Assembly (NCBI GenBank): GCA_031266155.1
Contig: JAISBO010000040.1
Coordinates: forward strand, 1 to 58,080
Source: Puniceicoccales bacterium
GTDB taxonomy: Bacteria; Verrucomicrobiota; Verrucomicrobiia; Opitutales; JAIRKQ01
Direction of reading: 5' to 3'
Length of the DNA stretch: 58,080 bases
Of the stretch, positions 11,216 through 21,623 are shown in pieces; position 1 is the first letter of the stretch, and the number at the start of each line of letters is the position of its first letter. The translations under genes and the position numbers were made by a program. A model generated the notes under the pieces. That model had not been told where the DNA came from, did no database searches, and saw nothing but the letters and a program-made list of their open reading frames with translations.

Positions 11216-13165
11216 CTATTTGTCTTTATTTGCATCGTCAACAACTTCGAAATCCGCATCGACTACCTTATCCTTTGCATTTTCCGCATTTGCAGATTGG
11301 GCACCCTCGGGAGCCCCTTGGGCGGTCTGATTAGGTTGTGCTTGGGAATACAAATCCTGGGCCATTCCTTGGAATACCGTGGTTAACTTTTCCCTGGCAG
11401 CTTTTAACTCGTCCACCTTTGCATCATTGTTTTCAAAAACTTTCTTCGCTTCTGCAATGGCATCCTCGAGAGGTTTTCGTTTTTCATCGCTCAGATTGCC
11501 ACCGAGTTCTTTTAATTGCTTTTCGGTTTGATAGATAAAATTATCTAGCTGATTCCTTTCCTCGACGGCCTCCTTGTGCTTTTTATCCTCTTCCGCATGA
11601 GCCTCCGCTTCCTTTCTAAATTTTTCAATTTCTTCATCGGATAAGCCTGAAGCACTGGTAATGGTAATTTTTTGATCCTTCCCCGTGCCCTTATCCTTCG
11701 CTGTCACATGGAGAATACCATTCGCATCAATGTCAAATGTTACTTCAATCTGTGGTACACCGCGGGAAGCAATGGGAATACCATCCAATCTAAATTGTCC
11801 GAGCAACTTATTATCCCGAGCCATGGGGCGTTCCCCTTGCAAAACTTGAATATCAACGGCTGTTTGATTTTCAGCATAGGTGGAAAATATCTGCGTCTTT
11901 TTCGTCGGAATGGTGGTGTTGCGATCTATCATCGGAGTAAAAACTCCACCCGCCGTCTCAATACCAAGTGTCAAAGGGGTTACATCGAGCAACAGTACTT
12001 CCGTCACTTCTCCCTGCAAAACTCCACCCTGTATGGCCGCTCCAATTGCTACAACTTCATCGGGATTTACGCCCTGGTGCGGAGTTTTACCGACAAATTG
12101 TTTTGCAATATCGACTACTTTTGGCGAGCGAGTCATGCCTCCAACAAGCACCAATTCAGAAATTTCAGATGTAGAAATGGCAGCATCCTTGAGACAATTT
12201 TTACACGGTCCCAACGTCCGTTGGTACAAATCATCACAAATTTTTTCTAGCTGCGAACGGGTCAATGAAATGTTCAAATGTTTTGGTCCAGTTGCATCCG
12301 CCGTAATGAATGGCAAATTAATGTCCACTTGTATTGCGGAAGACAATGCAATCTTGGCCTTTTCTGCTTCTTCCTTTAGTCGCTGGGCCGCCATTGGATC
12401 TTTTCTCAAATCTATCCCGTTTTCCTTTTGAAATGTATCCGCCAGCCAGTCGATCAACCTTTTGTCCCAATCATCTCCTCCAAGTAGGGTGTCCCCATTG
12501 GTGGCCTTTACTTCAAAGACACCATCTCCAATTTCCAAAATGGAAACGTCGAATGTTCCTCCACCAAGGTCATAGACGGCAATTTTTTCGTCTTTCTTTT
12601 TATCTAGGCCATAGGCCAAAGATGCGGCAGTCGGTTCGTTGATAATACGTAAAACTTCGAGGCCTGCGATTTTTCCAGCATCCTTCGTCGCTTGCCGCTG
12701 AGAATCATTGAAATAGGCAGGCACCGTGATAACAGCTTGCGTGATAGGGCAGCCCAAATATGTTTCCGCATCTGCCTTTAACTTTGCTAGAATCATCGAT
12801 GAAATTTGCTCCGGAGAAAACCGTTCCGTTTTATTTCCGACCTGACATTCAATCCACGCATCACCGTTGTGTCCTTCAACGACCTTATACGGCAAATTCT
12901 TCACCAGGCTTTGAATTTCACTGAGCTTATGCCCAATCAAACGTTTCGCTGAAAAAATTGTATTCTGAGGATTTGTAACCGCCTGGCGCTTGGCAGCTTG
13001 ACCAACTACCCGTTCCCCTGTTTTTGTAAAAGCGACGATGGATGGTGTTGTTCTTGCCCCTTCGGCATTGGGAACGACAACCGCTTCACCGCCTTCCATA
13101 ACGGCCATGCAAGAATTAGTCGTACCCAAATCGATTCCCAAAATTTTAGACTTTTTATTACTCAT
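11216..13165 (-). CDS. dnaK: molecular chaperone DnaK
   Basis: 649 aa with Hsp70 signatures ([36 protein letters not shown]). A GAGGTG Shine-Dalgarno precedes the ATG. Confidence 0.97.
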   Translation of the reverse strand: MSNKKSKILGIDLGTTNSCMAVMEGGEAVVVPNAEGARTTPSIVAFTKTGERVVGQAAKRQAVTNPQNTIFSAKRLIGHKLSEIQSLVKNLPYKVVEGHNGDAWIECQVGNKTERFSPEQISSMILAKLKADAETYLGCPITQAVITVPAYFNDSQRQATKDAGKIAGLEVLRIINEPTAASLAYGLDKKKDEKIAVYDLGGGTFDVSILEIGDGVFEVKATNGDTLLGGDDWDKRLIDWLADTFQKENGIDLRKDPMAAQRLKEEAEKAKIALSSAIQVDINLPFITADATGPKHLNISLTRSQLEKICDDLYQRTLGPCKNCLKDAAISTSEISELVLVGGMTRSPKVVDIAKQFVGKTPHQGVNPDEVVAIGAAIQGGVLQGEVTEVLLLDVTPLTLGIETAGGVFTPMIDRNTTIPTKKTQIFSTYAENQTAVDIQVLQGERPMARDNKLLGQFRLDGIPIASRGVPQIEVTFDIDANGILHVTAKDKGTGKDQKITITSASGLSDEEIEKFRKEAEAHAEEDKKHKEAVEERNQLDNFIYQTEKQLKELGGNLSDEKRKPLEDAIAEAKKVFENNDAKVDELKAAREKLTTVFQGMAQDLYSQAQPNQTAQGAPEGAQSANAENAKDKVVDADFEVVDDANKDK

Positions 13166-13228
13166 AAATCACCTCTACAATCTTCACTTATGGCAAATTA
13201 TGAGCAAATTCTATGCCAAATCTGTCGC

Positions 13229-14899
13229 CTAAGACCTTCCATCTGCAATTTTCTTGGCTTTTAGATATTGTTTTCTGAACTTTTTAGTTATTTTATTCTG
13301 CAGGTTCGCTATTTTTAAAATGTCTTTGCCATCGAAAATCGGAATGATGTTCGAATAAATATTGTCACAGCTCAAATCTTCAAGGGCTGCCATCACCTGG
13401 TAGGCTTTTTCAGCATCCTCCACTCGGCCATCCTTTCGAGCTTGAATTATCGACCACATCGCATCCGATAGCTCATCATGGGTGTCGATGAACGCTAGTT
13501 TTACAAGCGAACCCATTATGTTTGATAGTTTGCTAGTCCACTCTTCATGGGATATAAATAGGGAGGCAAATTTATAGGGATTTATGTCTGGAGAACACCT
13601 ATATTGGGCGTATTGGGTATCGTAAATTGTTTTCAATATGGGGGTACGCCGCATGGTAGCTTTCATCGGGCCGCCAGGCGTATGCAGGTTAAAGTCTAGC
13701 AGTTTTTGCCCCTCCAATGAGAGGATAAATTCGATAAAATTCTTTGCCAGTTCTGGATGTTCCGCTCCCCTAAAAATCCCTATGGGGTCGGGCGAAGGAG
13801 CTCCACCGGCATAGGGCATGACAAATTTAAATCGATTGCTCCCGCTCCGCTCTTCCAAATGTTTTGACTCCGCGAATCCGTAAAAATCGACGGTTATGCC
13901 AACCAGGCAATTCCCAGCCAACACATCTATCACCGGCCTAGTTGTAGACTCGGTAAAATATCTCCCATTAGCAACGATTTTCTGTATGAGGCGTAATCCA
14001 TTGATCCAACCCTCCCCTATGATTTTTTCTTCATCTTCCTTCGACAATTTGTCAACGTTAAGCCTGTTTTTCAAATCGTCGTAGCAAATTTGCATCTGCT
14101 GCTGAACCAGCATCATGAGCGCTTTTTGTGTGGAACTACTCCTCGTTGGATCAACGACGGCTACTTTTTTAAAAAACTCAGGACGGCCGATATCCATCCA
14201 AGTCTTCGGGAAAAACGGAATGCCTTCCGCTAGAATGGCTTCACTGTTATAAATTATCCCAAACCCCGTAAGAGATCCCCCAAACCATCTCCCGTGTTCA
14301 TCCCGTAGCCTATTACCGGATAAAAACTCCGGTATGGTATCTTCGGAAAACATTTCAGGGTGTTCGATCAATAGACTGGATGGGATCAGATTTCCTTTCG
14401 ACGATTGAGCCTCAAATTCATAGACACCACCACCAAACAAAATATCGATTCCGCATCCCACATTTGATTTAAAAAACTCATGCGTAATTTCCACCTCCAG
14501 CCCATGTTCCGGTAATTGTAATTTTTTTTCGGACCTGGATGCGAATGCAGCAATAACGCCACTATCCCACGTGCGGTGCAATTCATTGACCCAATGCAAA
14601 CGAAAATTATTCGCGTACATGGTTTCAATATACCTTGTGGCATCGCGACCTCCTCCCTGATGCCTCCAATCTATGTTAACTTCCTTCCCTGTCTTTGCCC
14701 TATACCATTTTTTAAACCCAATGGCATATTCTCTTCTCAGGATTTCATTGTGGGGGGTCATGATGGTCAAGGTTTCGGCGTCACTAATCGGAACAACGGT
14801 GTTCGCTTTTTCCCTAAAAACAAACGGCAGGCTGACCACCAGTAGTATCAGAAACAGGATTACTATTTTTTTTGGATCAAACATTCTTTTGTCAATCAA
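13229..14899 (-). CDS. ABC importer substrate-binding protein (family-1, PotD/AfuA-like) with a long C-terminal extension
   Basis: 556 aa with an N-terminal signal-anchor (IVILFLILLVVSLPFVF) and SBP-like alternating pattern. It overlaps the upstream ABC ATPase by 8 nt. The roughly 150-aa helical C-terminal extension is atypical. Substrate unknown. Confidence 0.7.
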   Translation of the reverse strand: MIDKRMFDPKKIVILFLILLVVSLPFVFREKANTVVPISDAETLTIMTPHNEILRREYAIGFKKWYRAKTGKEVNIDWRHQGGGRDATRYIETMYANNFRLHWVNELHRTWDSGVIAAFASRSEKKLQLPEHGLEVEITHEFFKSNVGCGIDILFGGGVYEFEAQSSKGNLIPSSLLIEHPEMFSEDTIPEFLSGNRLRDEHGRWFGGSLTGFGIIYNSEAILAEGIPFFPKTWMDIGRPEFFKKVAVVDPTRSSSTQKALMMLVQQQMQICYDDLKNRLNVDKLSKEDEEKIIGEGWINGLRLIQKIVANGRYFTESTTRPVIDVLAGNCLVGITVDFYGFAESKHLEERSGSNRFKFVMPYAGGAPSPDPIGIFRGAEHPELAKNFIEFILSLEGQKLLDFNLHTPGGPMKATMRRTPILKTIYDTQYAQYRCSPDINPYKFASLFISHEEWTSKLSNIMGSLVKLAFIDTHDELSDAMWSIIQARKDGRVEDAEKAYQVMAALEDLSCDNIYSNIIPIFDGKDILKIANLQNKITKKFRKQYLKAKKIADGRS

Positions 14900-15968
14900 C
14901 GTCCAATATTACAACATCCTCGGAAGAAACGGTGGCGTACATACTTTTATTTTGCACATTGGTGAAATGACTAGGGTTGAGTTCCGAAATGCGCAGCACA
15001 ACACCGTCTTTCTCAAACTTAAAATGAGCGACTTCCCCAAAGTATGTCACGTTTCCAATTACCCCTCTCAGGCTATTTTCCTGGCTAGGAAAATCGTTCA
15101 GTCGAAAGCATTCCGGCCTTATGGAAATGTAAACCTTTTTCCCCGGCCTAGGATCATTGATTCCTGTGCTCAGAATCCCTCGGAAATTTCCAATTTTTGT
15201 CCTTATAATTGCCTCTCCAGAACCAATCTGAACGATCACTCCCTGGATTACGTTTGTTTCCCCCACAAATTCCGCCGTAAAGCGGGAGGAAGGAAATTTA
15301 TACAACTGCGTTGGTGTTCCGATTTGGTCAATTTTCCCCTTCGCAAATACCGCTATTCGATCTGCTATGGACAGCGCTTCTTTCTGGTCATGGGTGACAT
15401 AAATGGTCGTCACTTGATGCTCTTTGCAGATATTTCTTATTTCACAGCGCATGTCATTTCTCAGCTGGGCATCGAGATTTGACAATGGCTCGTCGAGTAG
15501 CAGACATTTTGGATGTACGACCAGTGCCCTTGCGAGAGCCACCCGCTGTTGTTGCCCACCTGACAGTTCATTCGGTTTCCTCGATACATATTGGGCAAGT
15601 TGTACCTTTTCCAAGATTTCATATACCAAATCCTTGATTTTTGCCTTTGGGGTTTTATTGTTTTCTAGTCCAAATGCGACATTTTGAAATACCGTCATGT
15701 GGGGCCATAGGGCATAATTTTGAAATACCATACCTACTTTTCGCCTGTGGGGAGGTAACTTCGTGACGTCATGCCCTCCGAAGCTTATTCGTCCTTTATT
15801 TGGCGTATAAAACCCAGCAATTGATCGCAGCAGGGTTGTTTTTCCGCATCCACTCGGCCCAAGTAAAAAGAATAATTCTCCACTGGCTACATGTAAACTT
15901 ATACTGTCAAGCGCTATCGTTGAACCAAAAGATTTGGTAAGGTTTTGAATCCTTATATCGGTCATCAA
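14892..15968 (-). CDS. ABC transporter ATP-binding protein (PotA/FbpC/MalK-like)
   Basis: 358 aa with Walker A GPSGCGKTT, signature LSGGQQQRVALARAL and Walker B LLLDEPLSNLD, plus a C-terminal TOBE-like domain. Confidence 0.9.
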   Translation of the reverse strand: MMTDIRIQNLTKSFGSTIALDSISLHVASGELFFLLGPSGCGKTTLLRSIAGFYTPNKGRISFGGHDVTKLPPHRRKVGMVFQNYALWPHMTVFQNVAFGLENNKTPKAKIKDLVYEILEKVQLAQYVSRKPNELSGGQQQRVALARALVVHPKCLLLDEPLSNLDAQLRNDMRCEIRNICKEHQVTTIYVTHDQKEALSIADRIAVFAKGKIDQIGTPTQLYKFPSSRFTAEFVGETNVIQGVIVQIGSGEAIIRTKIGNFRGILSTGINDPRPGKKVYISIRPECFRLNDFPSQENSLRGVIGNVTYFGEVAHFKFEKDGVVLRISELNPSHFTNVQNKSMYATVSSEDVVILDVD

Positions 15969-16103
15969 TGATAATCCTTGTTGCAGTTATTCTATCCAAT
16001 GTCAAAAAATTTTTTGACACCACCATAATTTTTGCCCTGAAGCCCCTTCTGTGGTATTCCCAAAACCAAGTCAATCCCTTATGCGGCAAGTAAGCCGAAG
16101 TAA

Positions 16104-17045
16104 TCATACTTTTTCACATTTCACAAATATCAAGCCTAGGGCCAGAAAACTTTGCAACGCAAACGATAGCCAGGTGTCCAAAATACCAACTGAATAGTAT
16201 TTGCCATCCACAAAGGTTGCCACATCCATAAAGCTACGGACATTCATTAGGGCTAATACGGTCCCAATGTGAAAAGCTATGGGACACAGCAAACTTTTGT
16301 TCTTAAGTAGCAGAAGCGATAATAATATCCCAAATACCACTAGATTTAGAAAATTCAAGGGATTAAAGCCATATCCGATGTCCATTATTGTTGGAATTAT
16401 GCATCGAAAACCAGAAAAAATTGTAACATCGGCACTATCAATTTTTAAATTATTTCTCACACCCAGGTGGCAATAGGCAAAAAATAGTGACACTAGTAAA
16501 ACGGAACATATTATGTTGAGGTTACGCAGGAGTAGGTTGAAAATTATGCCGCGGAATATAATTTCTTCCAAAAATCCTATGCTAATGGCCCCCAGGGTAA
16601 ACTTGAAAAGGTTCCAGAAATAAACTTTTGTTCCAATGGGCTTAAGCATGACAATGTTGTGTAAGGATAGCCATATAAATATCGTGCAAGCGAGAATAAA
16701 CCCGCCGATGAAAGTTAATAAAAATTTTCGCCTGCGTATTTTTGTGAGGTAGATGTCTTCCATGGAGTGGAAGCCACAGATTTTTAAAAAGGGAAACAGT
16801 AGGATAATCGATGAAATTAATTGGGATCTGTCAAAAAACTTTTCAAATCCTTTGTCGATAAAATGTTGAAATAGTTCCATCGAAAATTTACTCGCTAGGA
16901 ACTTCGCCACATAGAACAGCGCAGGGGCTAATATTGCAGCAAGGCCCAAGGTGCAAAGATAGAAAATACCGAATAAAATCATTCCATTTTTTCGGAGAGA
17001 ATAATTTTTTCTTTTAAAAAAATTGTTTTCCATATCTGTTCCCAA
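16104..17045 (-). CDS. CPBP-family intramembrane metalloprotease
   Basis: 313-aa polytopic protein with EEIIFRG, FAYCH and FHIGTVLALMN motifs (EExxxR / FxxxH / HxxxN). The start could instead be the Met at 17033. Confidence 0.75.
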   Translation of the reverse strand: MGTDMENNFFKRKNYSLRKNGMILFGIFYLCTLGLAAILAPALFYVAKFLASKFSMELFQHFIDKGFEKFFDRSQLISSIILLFPFLKICGFHSMEDIYLTKIRRRKFLLTFIGGFILACTIFIWLSLHNIVMLKPIGTKVYFWNLFKFTLGAISIGFLEEIIFRGIIFNLLLRNLNIICSVLLVSLFFAYCHLGVRNNLKIDSADVTIFSGFRCIIPTIMDIGYGFNPLNFLNLVVFGILLSLLLLKNKSLLCPIAFHIGTVLALMNVRSFMDVATFVDGKYYSVGILDTWLSFALQSFLALGLIFVKCEKV

Positions 17046-17134
17046 TGGTTAGTTAGCAAACTATCTTTCTAAGGTATTGGAGTATATTGCAAATAAATTG
17101 ACATGCATGTTGAAAATAATTTCCTAGGCAAAAC

Positions 17135-17899
17135 ATGAAAAAACTATTGTTTTCGGTTGTGTTTTTCCTTCAGGCGATATTACTATATTCGGCTGAACGG
17201 AATGAGCTCGTTTTACTAACAAGCGCCGATAACCCTCCCTATGAATTTACAAGGTCGGGAGAAATTGTGGGATTTGACATAGATGTAGCAAAGATCATCG
17301 CAGAAAAATTGGGGAAAACCCTCATAGTAAAAGACATGCCATTTCCATCTTTGATTCCCGCTTTGATGTCAAAGCAAGGCGATTTTGCCATGGCTGCCAT
17401 TACCCCGACAGATGCCAGGCGAGAAAACGTTGATTTTTCCATACCCTATCAAGATAATATTAGTGCTGCCGTCTTAGTTGATAGCGATGAATTTTCATAT
17501 ATGAAAAATACCAATGCAATATTTCCGATCGCATTGTTGGAAGGCAAGAGGGTTGGGGTACAATTGGGAACACACCATGAAACTGATATACGAGCTGCTA
17601 ATATTCCAGACATAGAAATAAAAAGATATGACAATATCGGAACAATGATTGCTGAAATTTCAAACTCTGCAAACGGTAATGGAACCATATACGCCCTTGT
17701 AATAGGGAATGCCGAATCACACATGGTGACAAAAAGAAACCCCAAATTATGTTCTTTTCCGCTTCAATTTTCTGATTCCTTTGCCATTGCATTTGCAAAA
17801 AATTCCCCCCTAAGGATAAAAATTAACGAAATTCTCGAATCGCTCAAAGAAACTGGCAGGATCTCTGATTTGGAAATAAAATGGGATGTTGCGCAATAA
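17135..17899 (+). CDS. amino-acid ABC transporter substrate-binding protein (family 3, ArtJ/GlnH-like)
   Basis: 254 aa with a signal peptide (MKKLLFSVVFFLQAILLYSA) and the pattern DNPPYEF..GFDIDVAKIIAEKLG. Permease and ATPase genes follow. Confidence 0.85.
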   Translation: MKKLLFSVVFFLQAILLYSAERNELVLLTSADNPPYEFTRSGEIVGFDIDVAKIIAEKLGKTLIVKDMPFPSLIPALMSKQGDFAMAAITPTDARRENVDFSIPYQDNISAAVLVDSDEFSYMKNTNAIFPIALLEGKRVGVQLGTHHETDIRAANIPDIEIKRYDNIGTMIAEISNSANGNGTIYALVIGNAESHMVTKRNPKLCSFPLQFSDSFAIAFAKNSPLRIKINEILESLKETGRISDLEIKWDVAQ

Positions 17900-18561
17900 A
17901 TATTTTCAAAGGATTTCAACAGATATCTAGCGAGATACCCTATATCTTGGAAGGGGCCAAAGTAACCCTAGGATATGCCCTTGTGGCGATGTTTTTTGGG
18001 CTTTGTGGGGGAACATTGCTCGCAATTGTCAGGCAGTCAAAATATAAAATTTTTCGTGCCTTGGGCGCATTATATTTATCTGTTTTTCGAGGGACACCCC
18101 TTCTTTTACAATTGTCGATAATTTATTTCGCCGTGCCGCAGATTATTCACCGTCCAATCCCTGCTTTTGTAGCGGGAATAATCGCATTCTCATTGAATTC
18201 ATCCGCCTATGTTTCGGAAATTATGCGGGCTGGCATGCAAAGCGTAAGCATTGGCCAGATTGAAATAGGAAAAGTTTTGGGATGCTCAAAGTTTCAAATA
18301 ATTCGTGATATTGTTTTACCCCAGGGGATAAGAAATGTCTTGCCATCACTAGTAAACGAAATGATTGACCTACTCAAGGAATCCGCCATTGTTTCCATAA
18401 TTGGAGAGTCGGATTTACTTCGCCGAGCCAACGTTGTATCAAGCGAGCACTATTTATATCTGGAACCATTACTCATCGCGGGGCTGTGCTACTACTGTAT
18501 GATCATGATTTTAAATGGAATTGCGAAGTACATAGAAAGAAAATTATCATGCTCGAGGTAG
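17881..18561 (+). CDS. amino-acid ABC transporter permease
   Basis: 226-aa polytopic protein of the His/Glu/Gln/Arg-type permease pattern (YLSVFRGTPLLLQL, SSAYVSEIMRAG). It overlaps the neighbouring genes in the operon. Confidence 0.85.
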   Translation: MGCCAINIFKGFQQISSEIPYILEGAKVTLGYALVAMFFGLCGGTLLAIVRQSKYKIFRALGALYLSVFRGTPLLLQLSIIYFAVPQIIHRPIPAFVAGIIAFSLNSSAYVSEIMRAGMQSVSIGQIEIGKVLGCSKFQIIRDIVLPQGIRNVLPSLVNEMIDLLKESAIVSIIGESDLLRRANVVSSEHYLYLEPLLIAGLCYYCMIMILNGIAKYIERKLSCSR

Positions 18562-19250
18562 AAAATTTACATTGTACGTTGGGCACCAATGAAGTTCTAA
18601 ACGGAATATCTTTTACCGTTGCCGGTGGAGAAATCGTCACGGTAATTGGAAGATCGGGAGCTGGCAAAACTACCCTCCTACGTGTGCTGTGCGACCTAGA
18701 AAACATATCCCGAGGAAGGGTTTGTGTTAATGGGAAGAAAGCATGCCATGGGGACTATGGGTTAGTCCAGCAGGGGTGTTGCCTCTTTGAACATATGACG
18801 GTTTTAAAAAACGTTTCCTATGCTCTGCAGGTCGTAAAGAAGTTTTCTACAAAAAAGGCCAAGGCAATAGCACTGGACATGCTGACACAATTTGGGCTAA
18901 AGGATAAAGTAGCGGCATATCCAAGTAGTTTATCCGGTGGCCAAAAACAGCGGGTAGCCATTGCTAGAACTTTGGTAATGGACCCCAAAGTATTACTATT
19001 TGACGAACCCACATCAGCCCTCGACCCCGAAATGACAAACGATGTGGTCACCATGATAAAAAATATAGCATCACGAGGAATTGCAGTTCTGATAGTTACC
19101 CATGACCTGGCGATGTCCCGTAGAATTTCCGATAGGATTCTATTTTTGGAATGTGGTAAAATCGTGGAAAATCGTCCAACGGAAGAATTTTTTCTAAGCC
19201 CCCTTTCCAAGGAAGTGAAAAATTTTCTAAAAAACATGGCCCTGTTTTAA
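18549..19250 (+). CDS. amino-acid ABC transporter ATP-binding protein
   Basis: Walker A GRSGAGKTT, signature LSGGQKQRVAIARTL and Walker B LLFDEPTSALD. I chose the internal ATG (MLEVENL) over the track start at 18486. Confidence 0.9.
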   Translation: MLEVENLHCTLGTNEVLNGISFTVAGGEIVTVIGRSGAGKTTLLRVLCDLENISRGRVCVNGKKACHGDYGLVQQGCCLFEHMTVLKNVSYALQVVKKFSTKKAKAIALDMLTQFGLKDKVAAYPSSLSGGQKQRVAIARTLVMDPKVLLFDEPTSALDPEMTNDVVTMIKNIASRGIAVLIVTHDLAMSRRISDRILFLECGKIVENRPTEEFFLSPLSKEVKNFLKNMALF

Positions 19251-19378
19251 AGATTCGCATTTGCATTAGCCAGCAAATCCTTTGTTGGGTTGTTTGGTAA
19301 AAGTAATTAATAAAAATGTTGACACGTTGTAATTTTTGATCACATTCCCTTCCTGGATAAATATTAAAGGGAGGTAAG

Positions 19379-19690
19379 ATGGAAGATTTTAAAAGAGTTG
19401 GACGCGAACGAAATAATTTTGTAATTCTTGAACGTAGCGAGAATGGTGCTCCTACGATTTTCAAGGTACCCACTGACCGTGAGGAAGATTTTAAAAAGAT
19501 TGCAGTTCACACAACAAACAAACAATTTCGTTTGGCAGCAAATTCTGCAGACCGCGATGGGCATGCAGTTGTCAAAGATATTCCGCTGGAAGATCGTAAA
19601 GTTGCGATAAGTTTTGATGTTAGTTTGCATGGGTATAAGCGGCAGCCAGCTTATAAAATTACCTTTCTAAACGAAACAAAGCACGATTAG
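19379..19690 (+). CDS. hypothetical protein (orphan, 103 aa)
   Basis: A strong GGGAGG Shine-Dalgarno lies 4 nt before the ATG, and a TTGACA is present at 19319. The protein is soluble and charged, with no motif I recognise. The gene is isolated between the ABC operon and the convergent dxs. Confidence 0.55.
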   Translation: MEDFKRVGRERNNFVILERSENGAPTIFKVPTDREEDFKKIAVHTTNKQFRLAANSADRDGHAVVKDIPLEDRKVAISFDVSLHGYKRQPAYKITFLNETKHD

Positions 19691-19733
19691 GCAAAGATAC
19701 GGTATAAAATCGGCCATGGGGAGCATGGGTTTT

Positions 19734-21623
19734 TTAAGAAATATGAATATTTAAAGTGGATAGCACTTTATTCATAATATTTGTTGCCGATAGGCCATGT
19801 TCCACGCGTAAAATATCGAGGGATGTGCCATGTTTTATAAACTCATCGGGCCAACCGTAGCGCAGAACATTGATTTTTATGCCATTGTCGCTGTAAAATT
19901 CTAAAATAGCACTGCCAAATCCCCCCATCAAGACGTTGTCTTCGAGGGTTACGACAAGTTCATAATTTTTAGCAATATCTCTCAATATTTCTTCGTCCAG
20001 GGGTTTTGCAAATATCGCGTTGACGATTCCACCTCGAATGCCAAAATCTTTCAATCCTTGGCAGACTTCATTGGCTAAATCCACCATATTTCCCAACGCA
20101 AAAAAACAAACCCGTCGACCTTCAGCAATTTTTTCCGCTTTACCAAATGGTAAATATTGCGAAAATCCTAGGATGTTTGCATCTATCTTTTGCTTACAAG
20201 ATTTAGGATATCTTATGAAAACTGGACAGTGCCATTGGAAAGCAGAATGTAGTGCGTTTACAAATTCTTGAACATCTCTGGGTTGCAAAATGACAGCGTG
20301 GGGGATCAACCTCAAATAGGATAGATCGAATATTCCGTGGTGTGTCATTCCATCGTGTACGGCGATTCCGGCACGATCTAGACAAAAAACTATCGGCAAA
20401 TTTTGTAGACAAACATCGTGCAATACCTGGTCAAATGCCCGTTGCAAAAATGTGGAATATATTGCACAAACCGGCCTCATACCGCCTTTGGCAAGGGCAG
20501 CCGAAAATGTCACGGCATGCTCTTCGGCGATACCAACGTCAACATATTGGTCCGGGCAATGCTCCCGTAGATATGACAATCCAGTACCTCTTGCCATAGC
20601 AGCTACAACGCCTATAATTGTTTTATCTTTCTGGGCGAGCTTTGTTAGTTCTTTGCCTAAAATTTCTCCATAGGAAGTTGTGTCCTCTTGGGAAGCGGTA
20701 ACATCACGCTCCCGCTCAGGCTCAATCCCATGAAATTTTTCGGGAAAGTGTATCGCGTCTCCGTTTCCATATCCCTTTATGGTTTTTACATGCACAAGGA
20801 CCGGAACCTTGGCAAATTTACAAAACTCTAAAATCTCTTCCAATTTGGATATGTCGTGCCCATCGATGGGTCCAAAATATCGCAGTCCGTAGTATTCAAA
20901 ATAGGAGGTTGGTAAAATTATACTTTTAATGGCGCGTTTTAACCTGCGTATACCCCGCACGACAGCTTTCCCAAATTTCCCATCTCCCAACATTTTTTTT
21001 GTCGCCTGGGAAATGGCCCTGTAAAGTCCACTGATAAGAATTTTATTCAAATAGATGGATATGGCTCCCACATTCCTATCTATGGAAAATTCATTATCAT
21101 TAACTACTACGATTAACCTTTTTGTCGTAGTAACCAGATTATTCAATGCTTCCAATGTCATTCCGCATGTCAGCGAACCATCGCCGAGAATGGCAACAAT
21201 GTGGCTATCTTTGCGATTACTAATGTGGTCTCTGGCATAGGCAAACCCCAGGGCAACCGATAGTGCCGTTCCCGCATGGCCGGCAACAAAAGCATCATGT
21301 TCGCTTTCGGTGGGATCCGAAAAGCCACTGTACCCCCCACTCGTCCTGATTTGACGGAACTTGGCATCATTTCTGCCGGTCAATAGTTTGTGCGTATAGA
21401 TCTGGTGGGAAACATCGAAAATAAACCTATCACGGGGAGAATCGAAAACGCGATGTAATGCTATGGTGAGCTCTACGACTCCGAGGTTGGAAGCCAAATG
21501 TCCCCCGTTATTTGCCGTTACTTCTACCAATGTCTGTCGAATTTCCTTCGCCAGTTCCTTTAGTTGGTTCCTGTTTAAAACTTTGACATCCCGTGGAGTA
21601 TGTATGGTATCGAGGAGGCTCAT
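19734..21623 (-). CDS. dxs: 1-deoxy-D-xylulose-5-phosphate synthase
   Basis: 629 aa with HQIYTHKLLTGR, the TPP motif GDGSLTCGMTLEALNN, and transketolase-like central and C-terminal domains. Confidence 0.95.
   Translation of the reverse strand: MSLLDTIHTPRDVKVLNRNQLKELAKEIRQTLVEVTANNGGHLASNLGVVELTIALHRVFDSPRDRFIFDVSHQIYTHKLLTGRNDAKFRQIRTSGGYSGFSDPTESEHDAFVAGHAGTALSVALGFAYARDHISNRKDSHIVAILGDGSLTCGMTLEALNNLVTTTKRLIVVVNDNEFSIDRNVGAISIYLNKILISGLYRAISQATKKMLGDGKFGKAVVRGIRRLKRAIKSIILPTSYFEYYGLRYFGPIDGHDISKLEEILEFCKFAKVPVLVHVKTIKGYGNGDAIHFPEKFHGIEPERERDVTASQEDTTSYGEILGKELTKLAQKDKTIIGVVAAMARGTGLSYLREHCPDQYVDVGIAEEHAVTFSAALAKGGMRPVCAIYSTFLQRAFDQVLHDVCLQNLPIVFCLDRAGIAVHDGMTHHGIFDLSYLRLIPHAVILQPRDVQEFVNALHSAFQWHCPVFIRYPKSCKQKIDANILGFSQYLPFGKAEKIAEGRRVCFFALGNMVDLANEVCQGLKDFGIRGGIVNAIFAKPLDEEILRDIAKNYELVVTLEDNVLMGGFGSAILEFYSDNGIKINVLRYGWPDEFIKHGTSLDILRVEHGLSATNIMNKVLSTLNIHIS

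Noticed and set aside
11191-13228. Search for CIRCE (TTAGCACTC-N9-GAGTGCTAA) or an obvious sigma-32 promoter near dnaK and groES
   Set aside because: I found no match by eye. This is reported as an absence in the findings, not as a feature. A degenerate site could have been missed.
19714-19735. Hairpin CCATG-gggag-CATGG followed by a T-run between the 103-aa orphan and dxs
   Set aside because: The stem is only 5 bp and the T-run overlaps the dxs stop codon. It is too weak to annotate as a terminator.
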